Numbered from the stretch's first letter, positions 55,849 to 64,000 are shown. The stretch: 64,000 nucleotides of DNA from Clostridia bacterium (GCA_017429505.1 JAFROW010000009.1:103337-167336), one strand, 5' to 3'. Numbers and translations: made by a program. The notes: generated by a model not told the origin, from the letters alone.

Positions 55849-56139
55849 ATGAGTTTTAGAGAGGTAAATGATGATATTTTAAAAGAGTTTTGGGAATATA
55901 GAGACCAAACTGAATTTGCATTTATGACTAAAGAGGATAAAAAGCATATGATTTATTTTGATGAGATTACTGATAAAATTTTAAATAACATTCCTAAACA
56001 GAATAGGAAGTTTGTGCAACAGCAACTAAATAAACTTGATGATAATTTTTCTGAGTATGTTGGATATTGGAGTGAGAAGTATTATAGAAATGGGTTTTGT
56101 GATGGAGTGCAGATGATGTGTGGGTGTTTTGAGGAATAG
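55849..56139 (+). CDS. 96-aa conserved hypothetical protein (second copy)
   Basis: It is a near-identical paralogue of the 50445-50735 product, with an AGGAGGAG RBS. Confidence 0.6.
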   Translation: MSFREVNDDILKEFWEYRDQTEFAFMTKEDKKHMIYFDEITDKILNNIPKQNRKFVQQQLNKLDDNFSEYVGYWSEKYYRNGFCDGVQMMCGCFEE

Positions 56140-56141
56140 TA

Positions 56142-56168
56142 AAAGGCGAGTTAGTTCTCGCCTTTTTC
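56142..56168 (+). terminator. Rho-independent terminator
   Basis: AAAGGCGAG-TTAGTT-CTCGCCTTT, followed by TTC. Confidence 0.7.
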
Positions 56169-56169
56169 A

Positions 56170-56745
56170 TTATTCTATATTTTTCATACAATAGTTTAGT
56201 AAAGTATCCATATTAGTTTTATCAGAAACTTCAAATTTTTTTAATAGTTTTTTTACCTGTTGTATATCTGTTTCTCCCTTATTTGTAGGAAATAATTCTT
56301 CATATATTTTTCCCTTTTCTCTGTCATTAGGTATCTTGCTTATTAATTTTAAGTCATACAAAACATGGTCAAAATTCTTATCATTCCATATAGGAACAAT
56401 ATATGGAGCTAACCAATGTTTTTGAAACATTTCTCCTGTTTTATATTTTTCAATTTTTTCTTGTGTAGTATCATCGAGATCCATTATTGGCATTATAGAA
56501 AAATTTTTAAATACTCCTTTTTCTTCCTCTATGATATAATTTGTTTTAAATGCTCTTTTATTCTTAAATATAGTATTTCCAAAAATAGTGTTTAAACTGT
56601 CTATTTGAATACTAGTTTTTCCGTTTCTTTGTGAATATATTTCTATTGGTAAATGTAAATTACTCTTTATATGCTCTGCAAATAAAAACTCACTCTTTCC
56701 ATGTGCAATTATAATGCCTTTACAGTAGTTAAGCTTTTTTGACAT
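56170..56745 (-). CDS. Short TOPRIM-like/DUF4276- or RloB-like partner of the second ABC ATPase
   Basis: GIIIAHGKSEFLFAEHI sits where these families have (V/C)EG..(T/S)E. PIMDLDD is DxD-like. The gene overlaps the ATPase stop by 17 nt. Confidence 0.5.
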   Translation of the reverse strand: MSKKLNYCKGIIIAHGKSEFLFAEHIKSNLHLPIEIYSQRNGKTSIQIDSLNTIFGNTIFKNKRAFKTNYIIEEEKGVFKNFSIMPIMDLDDTTQEKIEKYKTGEMFQKHWLAPYIVPIWNDKNFDHVLYDLKLISKIPNDREKGKIYEELFPTNKGETDIQQVKKLLKKFEVSDKTNMDTLLNYCMKNIE

Positions 56746-58096
56746 TAGATATATCCTCTTTTTCTTTTGAATCTTCTAGAGCATATTTTATTTCTTCAAA
56801 ATCTACATATTCTGTTGTTGGAATTCCACCAAATAAACCTTTAAAATATAAATCACGAGCATTATTATTCTTTTGTATTGTAATACCATAATCCTTAATA
56901 GAATTAATCTCTTTGTTTCCTTCATAATCTGTTGATAATATATATATACATTCTTTAGGCAATATTTCTAATAATAATGTATTATGTGTTGTAATAATTA
57001 ATTGACCATTTATTTCATCTTTAATTGACATTATTATGTTTTTCATTAATAAATCATGTATACCATTGTCTATTTCATCAATTATTACTGTTTCTCCCAT
57101 CATTGCGCCTATTATTGTATCAAACTCATCTACAATTTTTCGTGTTCCTTCAGACTCTAAATCAATTGAAATAGATTTTAGTTTTCCACCTATCATTTTA
57201 TTAAAATATAATTCATAGTAAACTTTTTCATCATTATCTTCAATTTTATATTCAACACTTTTTATATCTGCATAAGCTTGTGTAAAAAAGATATTTAATA
57301 CCTCTTCATATTTTTTTATAATATTTACTTTATCTTTTCTTATATTTCCAGATTTTAAATCTATCAATTTGGATTGCTTCATTATATTATCTGGCATTAG
57401 CTTAAAATCCCACATATGAACATGTATTGTCATCGATAAAAATTTATCTATTATATTAAATATTTTTTGTGAAGTATTAGTAATTACATAATCTTGATTT
57501 TTTTCTGCTGTTTCGTAAAATAGTAAAGATAAAAATGAATATTTTCCCCAATATTTATCAATATTGTCAATTAATTCCTTTTTATATTTTTCATTATTAA
57601 AAATGTTCTTGTTCAACTCTTTTTTTATTTCTTTTTCTTCTTTGCATATTTTAAAATAAAAAGCTTTTTGTTTTACTGCAAAATAATATAATTTTTCTTC
57701 AACGATTTCTGTATTGAACCTAATATAATAATATCCCTCTATATCATTTATTTTAAAACCGTATTCTATTTCTGTATCTTCTTTTTCATTTAATGTTCTA
57801 TATTCCTCTAAATTTAAAGATAATTGCCAGATTTTTTTTAATTCCACAGGAATGCTATCTATAAATTTTTTTTGTAATTCAAAATATTCTTTCGGTAGTT
57901 TATTAAGTGCATTGTCAATACTTTTTGATATTGTAAGCTGTTGAAGAAATTTAAATAATTCAACTACATTTGTTTTTCCACTGCCATTCTCGCCATATAT
58001 TGATATAAAATCATTTGTTATTTTTTGAGTCCTTTTCAAATTAAACTTAATATTTTTTAGAGATTTGAAATTTTTTGCTTTAACATATGTGAACAT
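56729..58096 (-). CDS. ABC-type (AAA_15/AAA_21-like) ATPase with a long coiled insertion
   Basis: Walker A is GENGSGKTN, Walker B is VIIDEIDNGIHD and the H-loop is IITTHNTLLLE. The N-terminus reads KAKNFKSLKN. Confidence 0.8.
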   Translation of the reverse strand: MFTYVKAKNFKSLKNIKFNLKRTQKITNDFISIYGENGSGKTNVVELFKFLQQLTISKSIDNALNKLPKEYFELQKKFIDSIPVELKKIWQLSLNLEEYRTLNEKEDTEIEYGFKINDIEGYYYIRFNTEIVEEKLYYFAVKQKAFYFKICKEEKEIKKELNKNIFNNEKYKKELIDNIDKYWGKYSFLSLLFYETAEKNQDYVITNTSQKIFNIIDKFLSMTIHVHMWDFKLMPDNIMKQSKLIDLKSGNIRKDKVNIIKKYEEVLNIFFTQAYADIKSVEYKIEDNDEKVYYELYFNKMIGGKLKSISIDLESEGTRKIVDEFDTIIGAMMGETVIIDEIDNGIHDLLMKNIIMSIKDEINGQLIITTHNTLLLEILPKECIYILSTDYEGNKEINSIKDYGITIQKNNNARDLYFKGLFGGIPTTEYVDFEEIKYALEDSKEKEDISNVKKA

Positions 58097-58278
58097 TTTT
58101 ATCCCTCCCTTTTAAGCACTTTATATAATTTTAGCATATTTTTTGTCATAAGTCAATAATTTTTAATACATTTTGTACTAATTTTGTTAAACTTATGATG
58201 TATTATATGCAAATTTTTAAATTTTATTCATTTATAATTATAATAAGAGGCTGTCCTAAAATGAAAGCCTCTTGTTTA

Positions 58279-59706
58279 TTATATTATATCATTTATTGTA
58301 TTTAATATATTTATTACTTTTTTGTCATCAAATTCGTTATCTTTAATTAGATTTTTATAGTTATTGTTATCGCTTATAATAAATTTAATGAATTCACTAC
58401 ATATATTATTATCATCAAATACTTTTAACCAATTTTCATAATCAATAGAAGCATCTCCATTCATATAAAAAAAACTTCTCATCTCATTATTTATTATTTT
58501 ATATGAAGAGAATCTTACTAATAATTTATGTATATTATATTGTTCACCATTAGTATATTTAATATTACATTTCTTCTCATACTCTGTATATCTGCCTTGC
58601 TTTTTTAATCCATTTTTATCATAATAATAGAATATAATATTTTCATAGATTTTTTCTTTATCATCTCTTATTATGTATTTATACTCATCACTATAATATA
58701 CATTTATTAATATTATATATAATATTAATAAAACATTTCTGTTATCCTCTATATCAATTCCTTTATCTTTTAAATATTCTTTCATAAAATAATACTTTCT
58801 CAATATTTTTTTTATGTGTCTAGCATTTGTAAAATGTAATGTTTCAAAAAATCTCAAAATCAATTCTGACTCTTTTTCTTCCAAGTCAGTAATTTCCGAA
58901 ATATATTTTAGGAAATTCTGAGGTTGCATATTATTTATTAATTCAAATGTAATAGAAAATATTTTTTCTAAATATTCATCAGCTTTGTTATAATCATTAT
59001 TATATTTATTTTTTAAAGCTAGTGTAACTGCTGTTTTATCAACACCAATTATGAATATTATATTTTTATTAATTGATAAAAGCAATTTTATTGCAGAAAT
59101 TAATGTTATAATATTATCTGATTCGCATCTATCTAAATCATCTAAAAATACAACTAATCTCTTATCATTATTTAATTTAACACTTTTAAAAACACTTTCG
59201 AATTCTTCAATTTTCTCCCACAAACATTTTTTATCGTTAATATCATTTTTTATTTTTTCACCTTGCTTTTCTGCTTCATCCATTGCTTCTCCAGGTTTAA
59301 TATTAAAGATTCCAAGGTTTAACTCTACTCCTTTTGCTAAACTCTTAAATATTCCATATGCATTATTTAAAACATTACTGCCTTTTTCTTTTATTTTATC
59401 AAAGAAATTGTCTTTTCCTATGTATTTGAATAGAGAAAAAGCTAAATTATCATCTTTTTCATATTTCCATGTATCAAACCACATAACATTAAATTTTCCT
59501 GAATCCAAATTATTATATATTGTCTTCATTAAGCAACTTTTCCCACTTCCCCATGATCCATATATTGCTATTAAATTATTATTTTCTAAAATTTCTTTAT
59601 TACTATCTAATTCCAAAAAATCACATATTGATTTTGCTTTTTGGTAAGTTCCAAATATGTCATTATCCTTATTTATTTCCTTTACATTTTCTATTAAATT
59701 GTCCAT
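58279..59706 (-). CDS. KAP family P-loop NTPase
   Basis: IAIYGSWGSGKSCL is Walker A and MWFDTWKYEKDDN follows it. LVVFLDDLDRCESDNII is the KAP-type Walker B (DDLDRC). Confidence 0.8.
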   Translation of the reverse strand: MDNLIENVKEINKDNDIFGTYQKAKSICDFLELDSNKEILENNNLIAIYGSWGSGKSCLMKTIYNNLDSGKFNVMWFDTWKYEKDDNLAFSLFKYIGKDNFFDKIKEKGSNVLNNAYGIFKSLAKGVELNLGIFNIKPGEAMDEAEKQGEKIKNDINDKKCLWEKIEEFESVFKSVKLNNDKRLVVFLDDLDRCESDNIITLISAIKLLLSINKNIIFIIGVDKTAVTLALKNKYNNDYNKADEYLEKIFSITFELINNMQPQNFLKYISEITDLEEKESELILRFFETLHFTNARHIKKILRKYYFMKEYLKDKGIDIEDNRNVLLILYIILINVYYSDEYKYIIRDDKEKIYENIIFYYYDKNGLKKQGRYTEYEKKCNIKYTNGEQYNIHKLLVRFSSYKIINNEMRSFFYMNGDASIDYENWLKVFDDNNICSEFIKFIISDNNNYKNLIKDNEFDDKKVINILNTINDII

Positions 59707-59793
59707 AAGACCACCTTTTTTAAACTAATATATAATTAATAAAAGCAAAATAATTCCGTAATTGTACTTACACTCATACTTTGCTTTCTTTTG

Positions 59794-59949
59794 TTATTTG
59801 TTTTTAAAATCTTGATAACATTTGTCAACAAATTGCTTTAATATGTCTTTCTGTATATCTGACAAATTATACTTTTTATCTTCATCAATAAACTTTTTAT
59901 CCATTTCTGCTATAAATTTTACTACTGGCAATAATTCTTCTTTATTCAT
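59794..59949 (-). CDS. 51-aa acidic/Lys-rich peptide, translationally coupled to the nuclease-helicase gene
   Basis: The ATG at 59949 has a GAGAGGAA RBS and overlaps the upstream stop by 8 nt (ATGAATAA). Confidence 0.45.
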   Translation of the reverse strand: MNKEELLPVVKFIAEMDKKFIDEDKKYNLSDIQKDILKQFVDKCYQDFKNK

Positions 59950-61918
59950 ACTTATATTCCTCTCTTTCTTCAGCAACCATTAAGACATCATCATTTTCTT
60001 CTTCATCAATTGAATATGTAATTTCATTTTTTTGATTTAATCTATTCTTTAAATATTCTGATAAATTTTTGTCTGTACAATAAATGTAACAACCCTTTTG
60101 TCCTCTTGTCATTAATGTTCTATATGTATTTTTTATAATTTCATCTGCTATTCTATTAGCTTTTTCAGAGTTTTCTCTACTTAACTTGCTAATTCCTTTT
60201 ATTGATTGGTCTGTTTTAGCTCTTTTTGTAACATCTGTAATTATCTTACCATTCTCGTACCTTAAGTCATCTCCAATAATTACACCAATATAATCAAATT
60301 CAAGTCCTTGAGCAGTATGTATACATCCAATTTCATTTACTGATTCAGCATCTATTGCCCATGTTTGGCTATTACCTAAATTCCAGCTCATTGCAAAATT
60401 GTATTCTGGAATAGTTATATCATATACATCTGATTTGTTTTTTCCATCTTTTATCCAATTCCAACAATATCCTGCTAATAATCTAGCTTTATTATTTATT
60501 TTATTCTTTTCAAATATTAAATCTCTTACTTCATTTGGATTATCACATACTCTAATATCATAATCTAAATCAAAACCATCACTATTGGCTGTTCTTCTTA
60601 TTTCTAATACATCATCTAACCATGCAATATATCCATCTGAACCATTACATCTAAACTGTGATTCCAATTCCATTATTTTTGATTCTGCATTAGCTTGTTT
60701 TATATATTTTTGTATTTCATCAATACTTCCTATATCCTTTAAGGTTACTCTTTGTGATTCATCTATGAAAAATATTGAAAATTTAGAAGCTTTAATAATC
60801 TCTTTTATTTGATTTTCTCCTAAGTTTTGAAACATTCCAGATTTCGCATTTAATCTATGTGCTTCATCTACAATTAAAACATCAAATTCATTTTCTGCAG
60901 ATTCTACAAATGAACCCGAACCTTTAAATAAATTATTAATTCTTGTTTTCCTAAAATCTCCACTCAATTTGGTTGCATATACACTTCTTGGTGCTGCATT
61001 TTTTGTTACATATGAGCACACCATGTTTTCATTAGTTAGTTTTACTAAAAGATTAATTGCTAAAACTGATTTTCCTGTTCCTGGTCCTCCCTTAACAACT
61101 AAAACTCTTTTATTTCCATCTCTATATGATTTTCTTGCCATTTCTAATGCTGTTTCGTAAACAAGTTTTTGATCATCTATCATTACAAATTCTTCATTAC
61201 CTTTTAACATGCTTGATAATGCATCTTGTAATGATTTAGAAGGCCTTATTTTTCCATTTTCAATCATATATAGTGTTTCTTTATCATCACCATATTTAAT
61301 ATATTTGTTTATGAAATCTCTTAATTTTTCAACATCACCCTTTATAAATGCTGGTGCTTTGTCTAGGTAGTATTTATAATTATCTGCTAATAGAGTTGGA
61401 GGTGTTACTGTTAAATAATTATGAAGATATGCACATGGATGTAAATCTATTTGTCTTTCTTGCACTGTTTCATTATAGTCTTCTATTGTCGTTACATAAG
61501 ACCAAGCTTGGTATGAAGGATGTGCTACTTCTCTTAATGCATGTCCTGTATATGCTTGTACAATTCCATCTTTTCCTTCAACAATATCAGCCTCTGCCCA
61601 TTGTTTTAATTCAACAATAATAGCAGTATTTTTAAGTTTTCCATCTTTACCTGTAATTATAAAGTCTACTCTTTTAGATGTATTAGGAATTTTAAATTCA
61701 ATTGCTATTCCTACATTTCCAGGTATATTATTATCAATTAAAACTTTCATCATGTATTGCATAGAGTTATTCCATGCTTTTCTTTCATTTTGAGATGTAT
61801 GATATCCCATCTTTTCATAAAATTTTCTATCTATATTTTCTTCAATTCTGTCTTGTACAACATCTTCTACAAATAGTTGCTTTGTTGCTTCATATACTAT
61901 CATAATAATTGCCCCCAT
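59942..61918 (-). CDS. Nuclease-helicase: N-terminal PD-ExK fold plus a DUF2075/Schlafen-like P-loop helicase (Nhi-like layout)
   Basis: RVDFIITGKD...AIIVELKQW is PD-ExK-like. VVKGGPGTGKSV is Walker A and VLIVDEAHRL is a DEAH box. GLEFDYIGVIIG and RGQKGCYIYC form a tail typical of DUF2075. The start may be ATG 61903 (MIVYEATKQ), which has a GGGGG RBS. Confidence 0.75.
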   Translation of the reverse strand: MGAIIMIVYEATKQLFVEDVVQDRIEENIDRKFYEKMGYHTSQNERKAWNNSMQYMMKVLIDNNIPGNVGIAIEFKIPNTSKRVDFIITGKDGKLKNTAIIVELKQWAEADIVEGKDGIVQAYTGHALREVAHPSYQAWSYVTTIEDYNETVQERQIDLHPCAYLHNYLTVTPPTLLADNYKYYLDKAPAFIKGDVEKLRDFINKYIKYGDDKETLYMIENGKIRPSKSLQDALSSMLKGNEEFVMIDDQKLVYETALEMARKSYRDGNKRVLVVKGGPGTGKSVLAINLLVKLTNENMVCSYVTKNAAPRSVYATKLSGDFRKTRINNLFKGSGSFVESAENEFDVLIVDEAHRLNAKSGMFQNLGENQIKEIIKASKFSIFFIDESQRVTLKDIGSIDEIQKYIKQANAESKIMELESQFRCNGSDGYIAWLDDVLEIRRTANSDGFDLDYDIRVCDNPNEVRDLIFEKNKINNKARLLAGYCWNWIKDGKNKSDVYDITIPEYNFAMSWNLGNSQTWAIDAESVNEIGCIHTAQGLEFDYIGVIIGDDLRYENGKIITDVTKRAKTDQSIKGISKLSRENSEKANRIADEIIKNTYRTLMTRGQKGCYIYCTDKNLSEYLKNRLNQKNEITYSIDEEENDDVLMVAEEREEYKYE

Positions 61919-61930
61919 TAATTATTATTT

Positions 61931-62248
61931 TTATAGTTTGTTATATTTGGTACTAACTCCCTTAGCTTTTTCTACTGGATATTTTTTTCTAGTTTTCTCT
62001 AATTTTTTCAATATTATTTCTTCAGGATCCACTCCTAGTTTCATAGCCATTTGAATGCAATATGTAAATACATCAGCCAATTCTTCACATACTTCTTCTT
62101 TATTATAATCATTATTCCATTGGAAACACTCTAATAGTTCACCAGCTTCAATAGAAATTGATTTAGCTAAGTTTTCTGGAGAATGGAATTGATTCCAATC
62201 TCTTTCTTGGTTAAATTGTTTTATTTCTTTTATTAATTTTTCCAACAC
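61931..62248 (-). CDS. MazG-like all-alpha nucleoside triphosphate pyrophosphohydrolase
   Basis: RDWNQFHSPENLAKSISIEAGELLECFQW and EELADVFTYCIQMA give the ExxE...ExxD metal-binding pattern of small MazG/dCTPase-like proteins. Confidence 0.8.
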   Translation of the reverse strand: MLEKLIKEIKQFNQERDWNQFHSPENLAKSISIEAGELLECFQWNNDYNKEEVCEELADVFTYCIQMAMKLGVDPEEIILKKLEKTRKKYPVEKAKGVSTKYNKL

Positions 62249-62261
62249 AAATTCTCCTTTT

Positions 62262-63701
62262 TCATTTAATTATTTCTCTATAAATTTTTTCTAAATATAT
62301 ATCTATTTCTGACCTTTTACCGTTTTTTATTAAATTAAGTAATTCGATTATTTCTGTATCACTAAATGGTAAAATTACTCCTTGTCCTGCTTTTACTGCA
62401 TCATTACATCTCTTAAATATTAACTTTTTATTATTGAACAATCTTGAAACAGAAATTCCAAATTTCCCTATCGTATTCTTATTAAATCTTCCTATGAGTT
62501 GATCTAATTCATTGTTTCCAATTTCCTCTTTATAATTTTTACATTCAACAATCACTTGGTTAGCACATATTTCTGGTCCAATTTTCATTCTATGGAAAAA
62601 TCCGTCTTTTGAGGCATTGGTATATATTATGTCTATTCTCTTTCTTCCTTCATTCTGTTTAAATTGTAATTCAGGATATGTTAATTGTGGCCAAAATATA
62701 AAACTTAAAATATCCTTTATTATTTTTTCATAACTATTAGCATATTCTTTTCCTGGCTTTATTTTATTTATTTTTTTTATCATTTCTTCTGCGATTTCTT
62801 TTTCTTCATCATTTTTAATAAAACATTCTTCAATCTTATCATTTTCCTTCGCATATATTTTATATTGTTTTAATAAATCTTGATTCTGCTCTGTAATTGT
62901 ATTTATAAGATCCTTTGTACATGGATATTTATCTTCTAAATATTTTTTATAAATACGTTTTTTTCCATTTTTCAAGGTTTTTGTCAAATCATTTCCTGCC
63001 ATTATTTCTCTTTGCTCAATAAAATTATATACATATTTATTATAATATTGGTGATAATCTAAAATCCCCTTTCTTCTAACTATATTTTTAGGTACTAATA
63101 GAATAGGATTCTCTTCTATTGCAGGTAAATTTATATACTGAATTTCTGTCCATGAATGTTGTATTTGATCCCATCCTTTATTGAAAGGCCACTTACTTTT
63201 TGTTATATCAATATTATGAAAATCACATTGTTTTATGGTATATTCAATTAGTTTACCTCTTATTATATTAGCTGTAATATCAGATATTTTATCCGAATTT
63301 ATATTCTTAATTAATAATCCACACTCTTCCAACTCCGTTATAATTCCATTTTTTATAGCTCTACTTTTCAGTAATCTTTCATATATTTGTTGCGATTGAT
63401 AAGCTCCTATTCCTTTGCCTTTATTTTTTTCTTCTGACAATCCCAAATGTATTTCATTTGGTTCTCTCAAATAAGACATTAAGTTCTTAGCTTTCTGTAT
63501 ATTCCCTTTCTTTACCAGATTCAATATAGTTTGAAAAAAATCTACTATTAAGTCATTACATTCTATGTTCCATTCATCATCCATTAAGCTAATTGCATAG
63601 GGATTAATAAATAGTTGTTGCTCTGGAGCATCAATATCTATATCAACGAAATCCAATTCGCATTGTTTAGCATTTAAATTAAAATATTCTGAAAATTTCA
63701 T
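62262..63701 (-). CDS. Uncharacterised protein with a C-terminal PD-(D/E)xK (restriction-endonuclease-like) signature
   Basis: GRKRIDIIYTN...QVIVECKNYKEEIGNNELDQLIGRF is a D...E-x-K pattern with a helix after it, as in Mrr-type folds. I did not recognise the N-terminal 330 aa or so. The start is ATG 63701 (MKFSEYF) with a GGGGGA RBS. Confidence 0.55.
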   Translation of the reverse strand: MKFSEYFNLNAKQCELDFVDIDIDAPEQQLFINPYAISLMDDEWNIECNDLIVDFFQTILNLVKKGNIQKAKNLMSYLREPNEIHLGLSEEKNKGKGIGAYQSQQIYERLLKSRAIKNGIITELEECGLLIKNINSDKISDITANIIRGKLIEYTIKQCDFHNIDITKSKWPFNKGWDQIQHSWTEIQYINLPAIEENPILLVPKNIVRRKGILDYHQYYNKYVYNFIEQREIMAGNDLTKTLKNGKKRIYKKYLEDKYPCTKDLINTITEQNQDLLKQYKIYAKENDKIEECFIKNDEEKEIAEEMIKKINKIKPGKEYANSYEKIIKDILSFIFWPQLTYPELQFKQNEGRKRIDIIYTNASKDGFFHRMKIGPEICANQVIVECKNYKEEIGNNELDQLIGRFNKNTIGKFGISVSRLFNNKKLIFKRCNDAVKAGQGVILPFSDTEIIELLNLIKNGKRSEIDIYLEKIYREIIK

Positions 63702-63872
63702 AACATCCCCCTTATTTATAATATATATCACAAAAAACTCTTTTTCTCAACATTTTCTGACAATTTGTTACAAAGAAAAAATATATTAAATATATAAATT
63801 TCAAACTAATATTTTAAATACAAGAAAAGAATTCCAGTGTTACCTGAAATCCTTTTCTCTCCATATAAAATC

Positions 63873-64000
63873 TTATTTAATTTTTATCTTTTTCTTCTCC
63901 TTATCCACCTTCCTCTCCTCCATCTCCTTCAACTGCCTTTTCATCTTATAAACCTTAAGTTGCATCTCCTCACAAAGCTTTAATTCTTTCCTAACCTTTG
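63873..64000 (-). CDS. C-terminal end of an ORF entering from the right edge (coiled-coil tail)
   Basis: My hand translation gives ...KVRKELKLCEEMQLKVYKMKRQLKEMEERKVDKEKKKIKIK, with a stop at 63875-63873. Local GC is visibly higher than in the rest of the window. It is not in the ORF track because it is truncated. Confidence 0.35.
   Translation of the reverse strand, partial: KVRKELKLCEEMQLKVYKMKRQLKEMEERKVDKEKKKIKIK

Larger units (their letters stand above)
55261..56139 (+). repeat. Copy 2 of the roughly 0.9-kb diverged direct repeat
   Basis: See 49853-50735. It has the same gene order and the same conserved leader blocks. Confidence 0.8.

Noticed and set aside
55994-56191. 65-aa minus-strand ORF overlapping the second 96-aa gene
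   Set aside because: It is antisense to a gene whose protein is conserved in two copies, and it crosses the terminator hairpin.
59051-59708. 198-aa and 62-aa plus-strand ORFs inside the KAP NTPase gene
   Set aside because: They are antisense shadows with low-complexity Ser/Leu/Phe/Ile translations.
60585-61620. Plus-strand ORFs 60585-60812, 60969-61160 and 61348-61620
   Set aside because: They are antisense to the nuclease-helicase gene, which has unambiguous Walker A and DEAH motifs.
1-64000. tRNA, rRNA and CRISPR arrays
   Set aside because: I saw no GTTCGAATC-type T-arm signatures with matching acceptor stems, no rRNA-like GC-rich stretches, and no regularly spaced 25-40-nt repeats. This is reading by eye only; tRNAscan-SE, Infernal or CRISPR finders should confirm it.

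Overview
This is a strongly AT-rich window from a Firmicutes/Clostridia-like chromosome. Markers for that assignment are an M50/M23 protease pair, CotH, TmcAL, AsnS, TopB, GlgP and RNase HI. I recognised no rRNA, tRNA or CRISPR array.

Positions 1-41 kb are mostly core or cell-envelope genes. They include a pilin-signal protein that runs off the left edge, a very large multi-domain cell-wall hydrolase that appears split by a 1-nt frame change, and a TelA/XpaC/vWA stress cluster. They also hold a small accessory patch (XRE, GNATs, M18 aminopeptidase, PIN module, APH-like kinase) and an MgtA-type P-type ATPase bracketed by long palindromic elements.

Positions 41-64 kb are accessory DNA. They contain decayed gene fragments, a TetR-controlled redox operon and a RAYT/IS200-like Y1 transposase flanked by perfect 27-bp inverted repeats.

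From about 47.6 kb to the right edge there is a dense, almost entirely minus-strand defence-type island:
- a NERD protein with an unknown partner
- two diverged ABC-ATPase/TOPRIM-like pairs (PARIS/AbiL class), each preceded by a copy of a duplicated TnpV-like + 96-aa module
- an XRE regulator followed by two metallophosphoesterases
- a KAP P-loop NTPase
- a tight four-gene operon: PD-(D/E)xK protein, MazG-like pyrophosphohydrolase, nuclease-helicase of DUF2075/Nhi-like layout, and a 51-aa peptide

The best candidates for an undescribed system are that four-gene operon, the XRE + double-phosphoesterase cassette, and the repeated TnpV-module/variable-ATPase-TOPRIM cassette architecture. All functional calls come from motif reading by eye and from memory of protein families; no searches were run.
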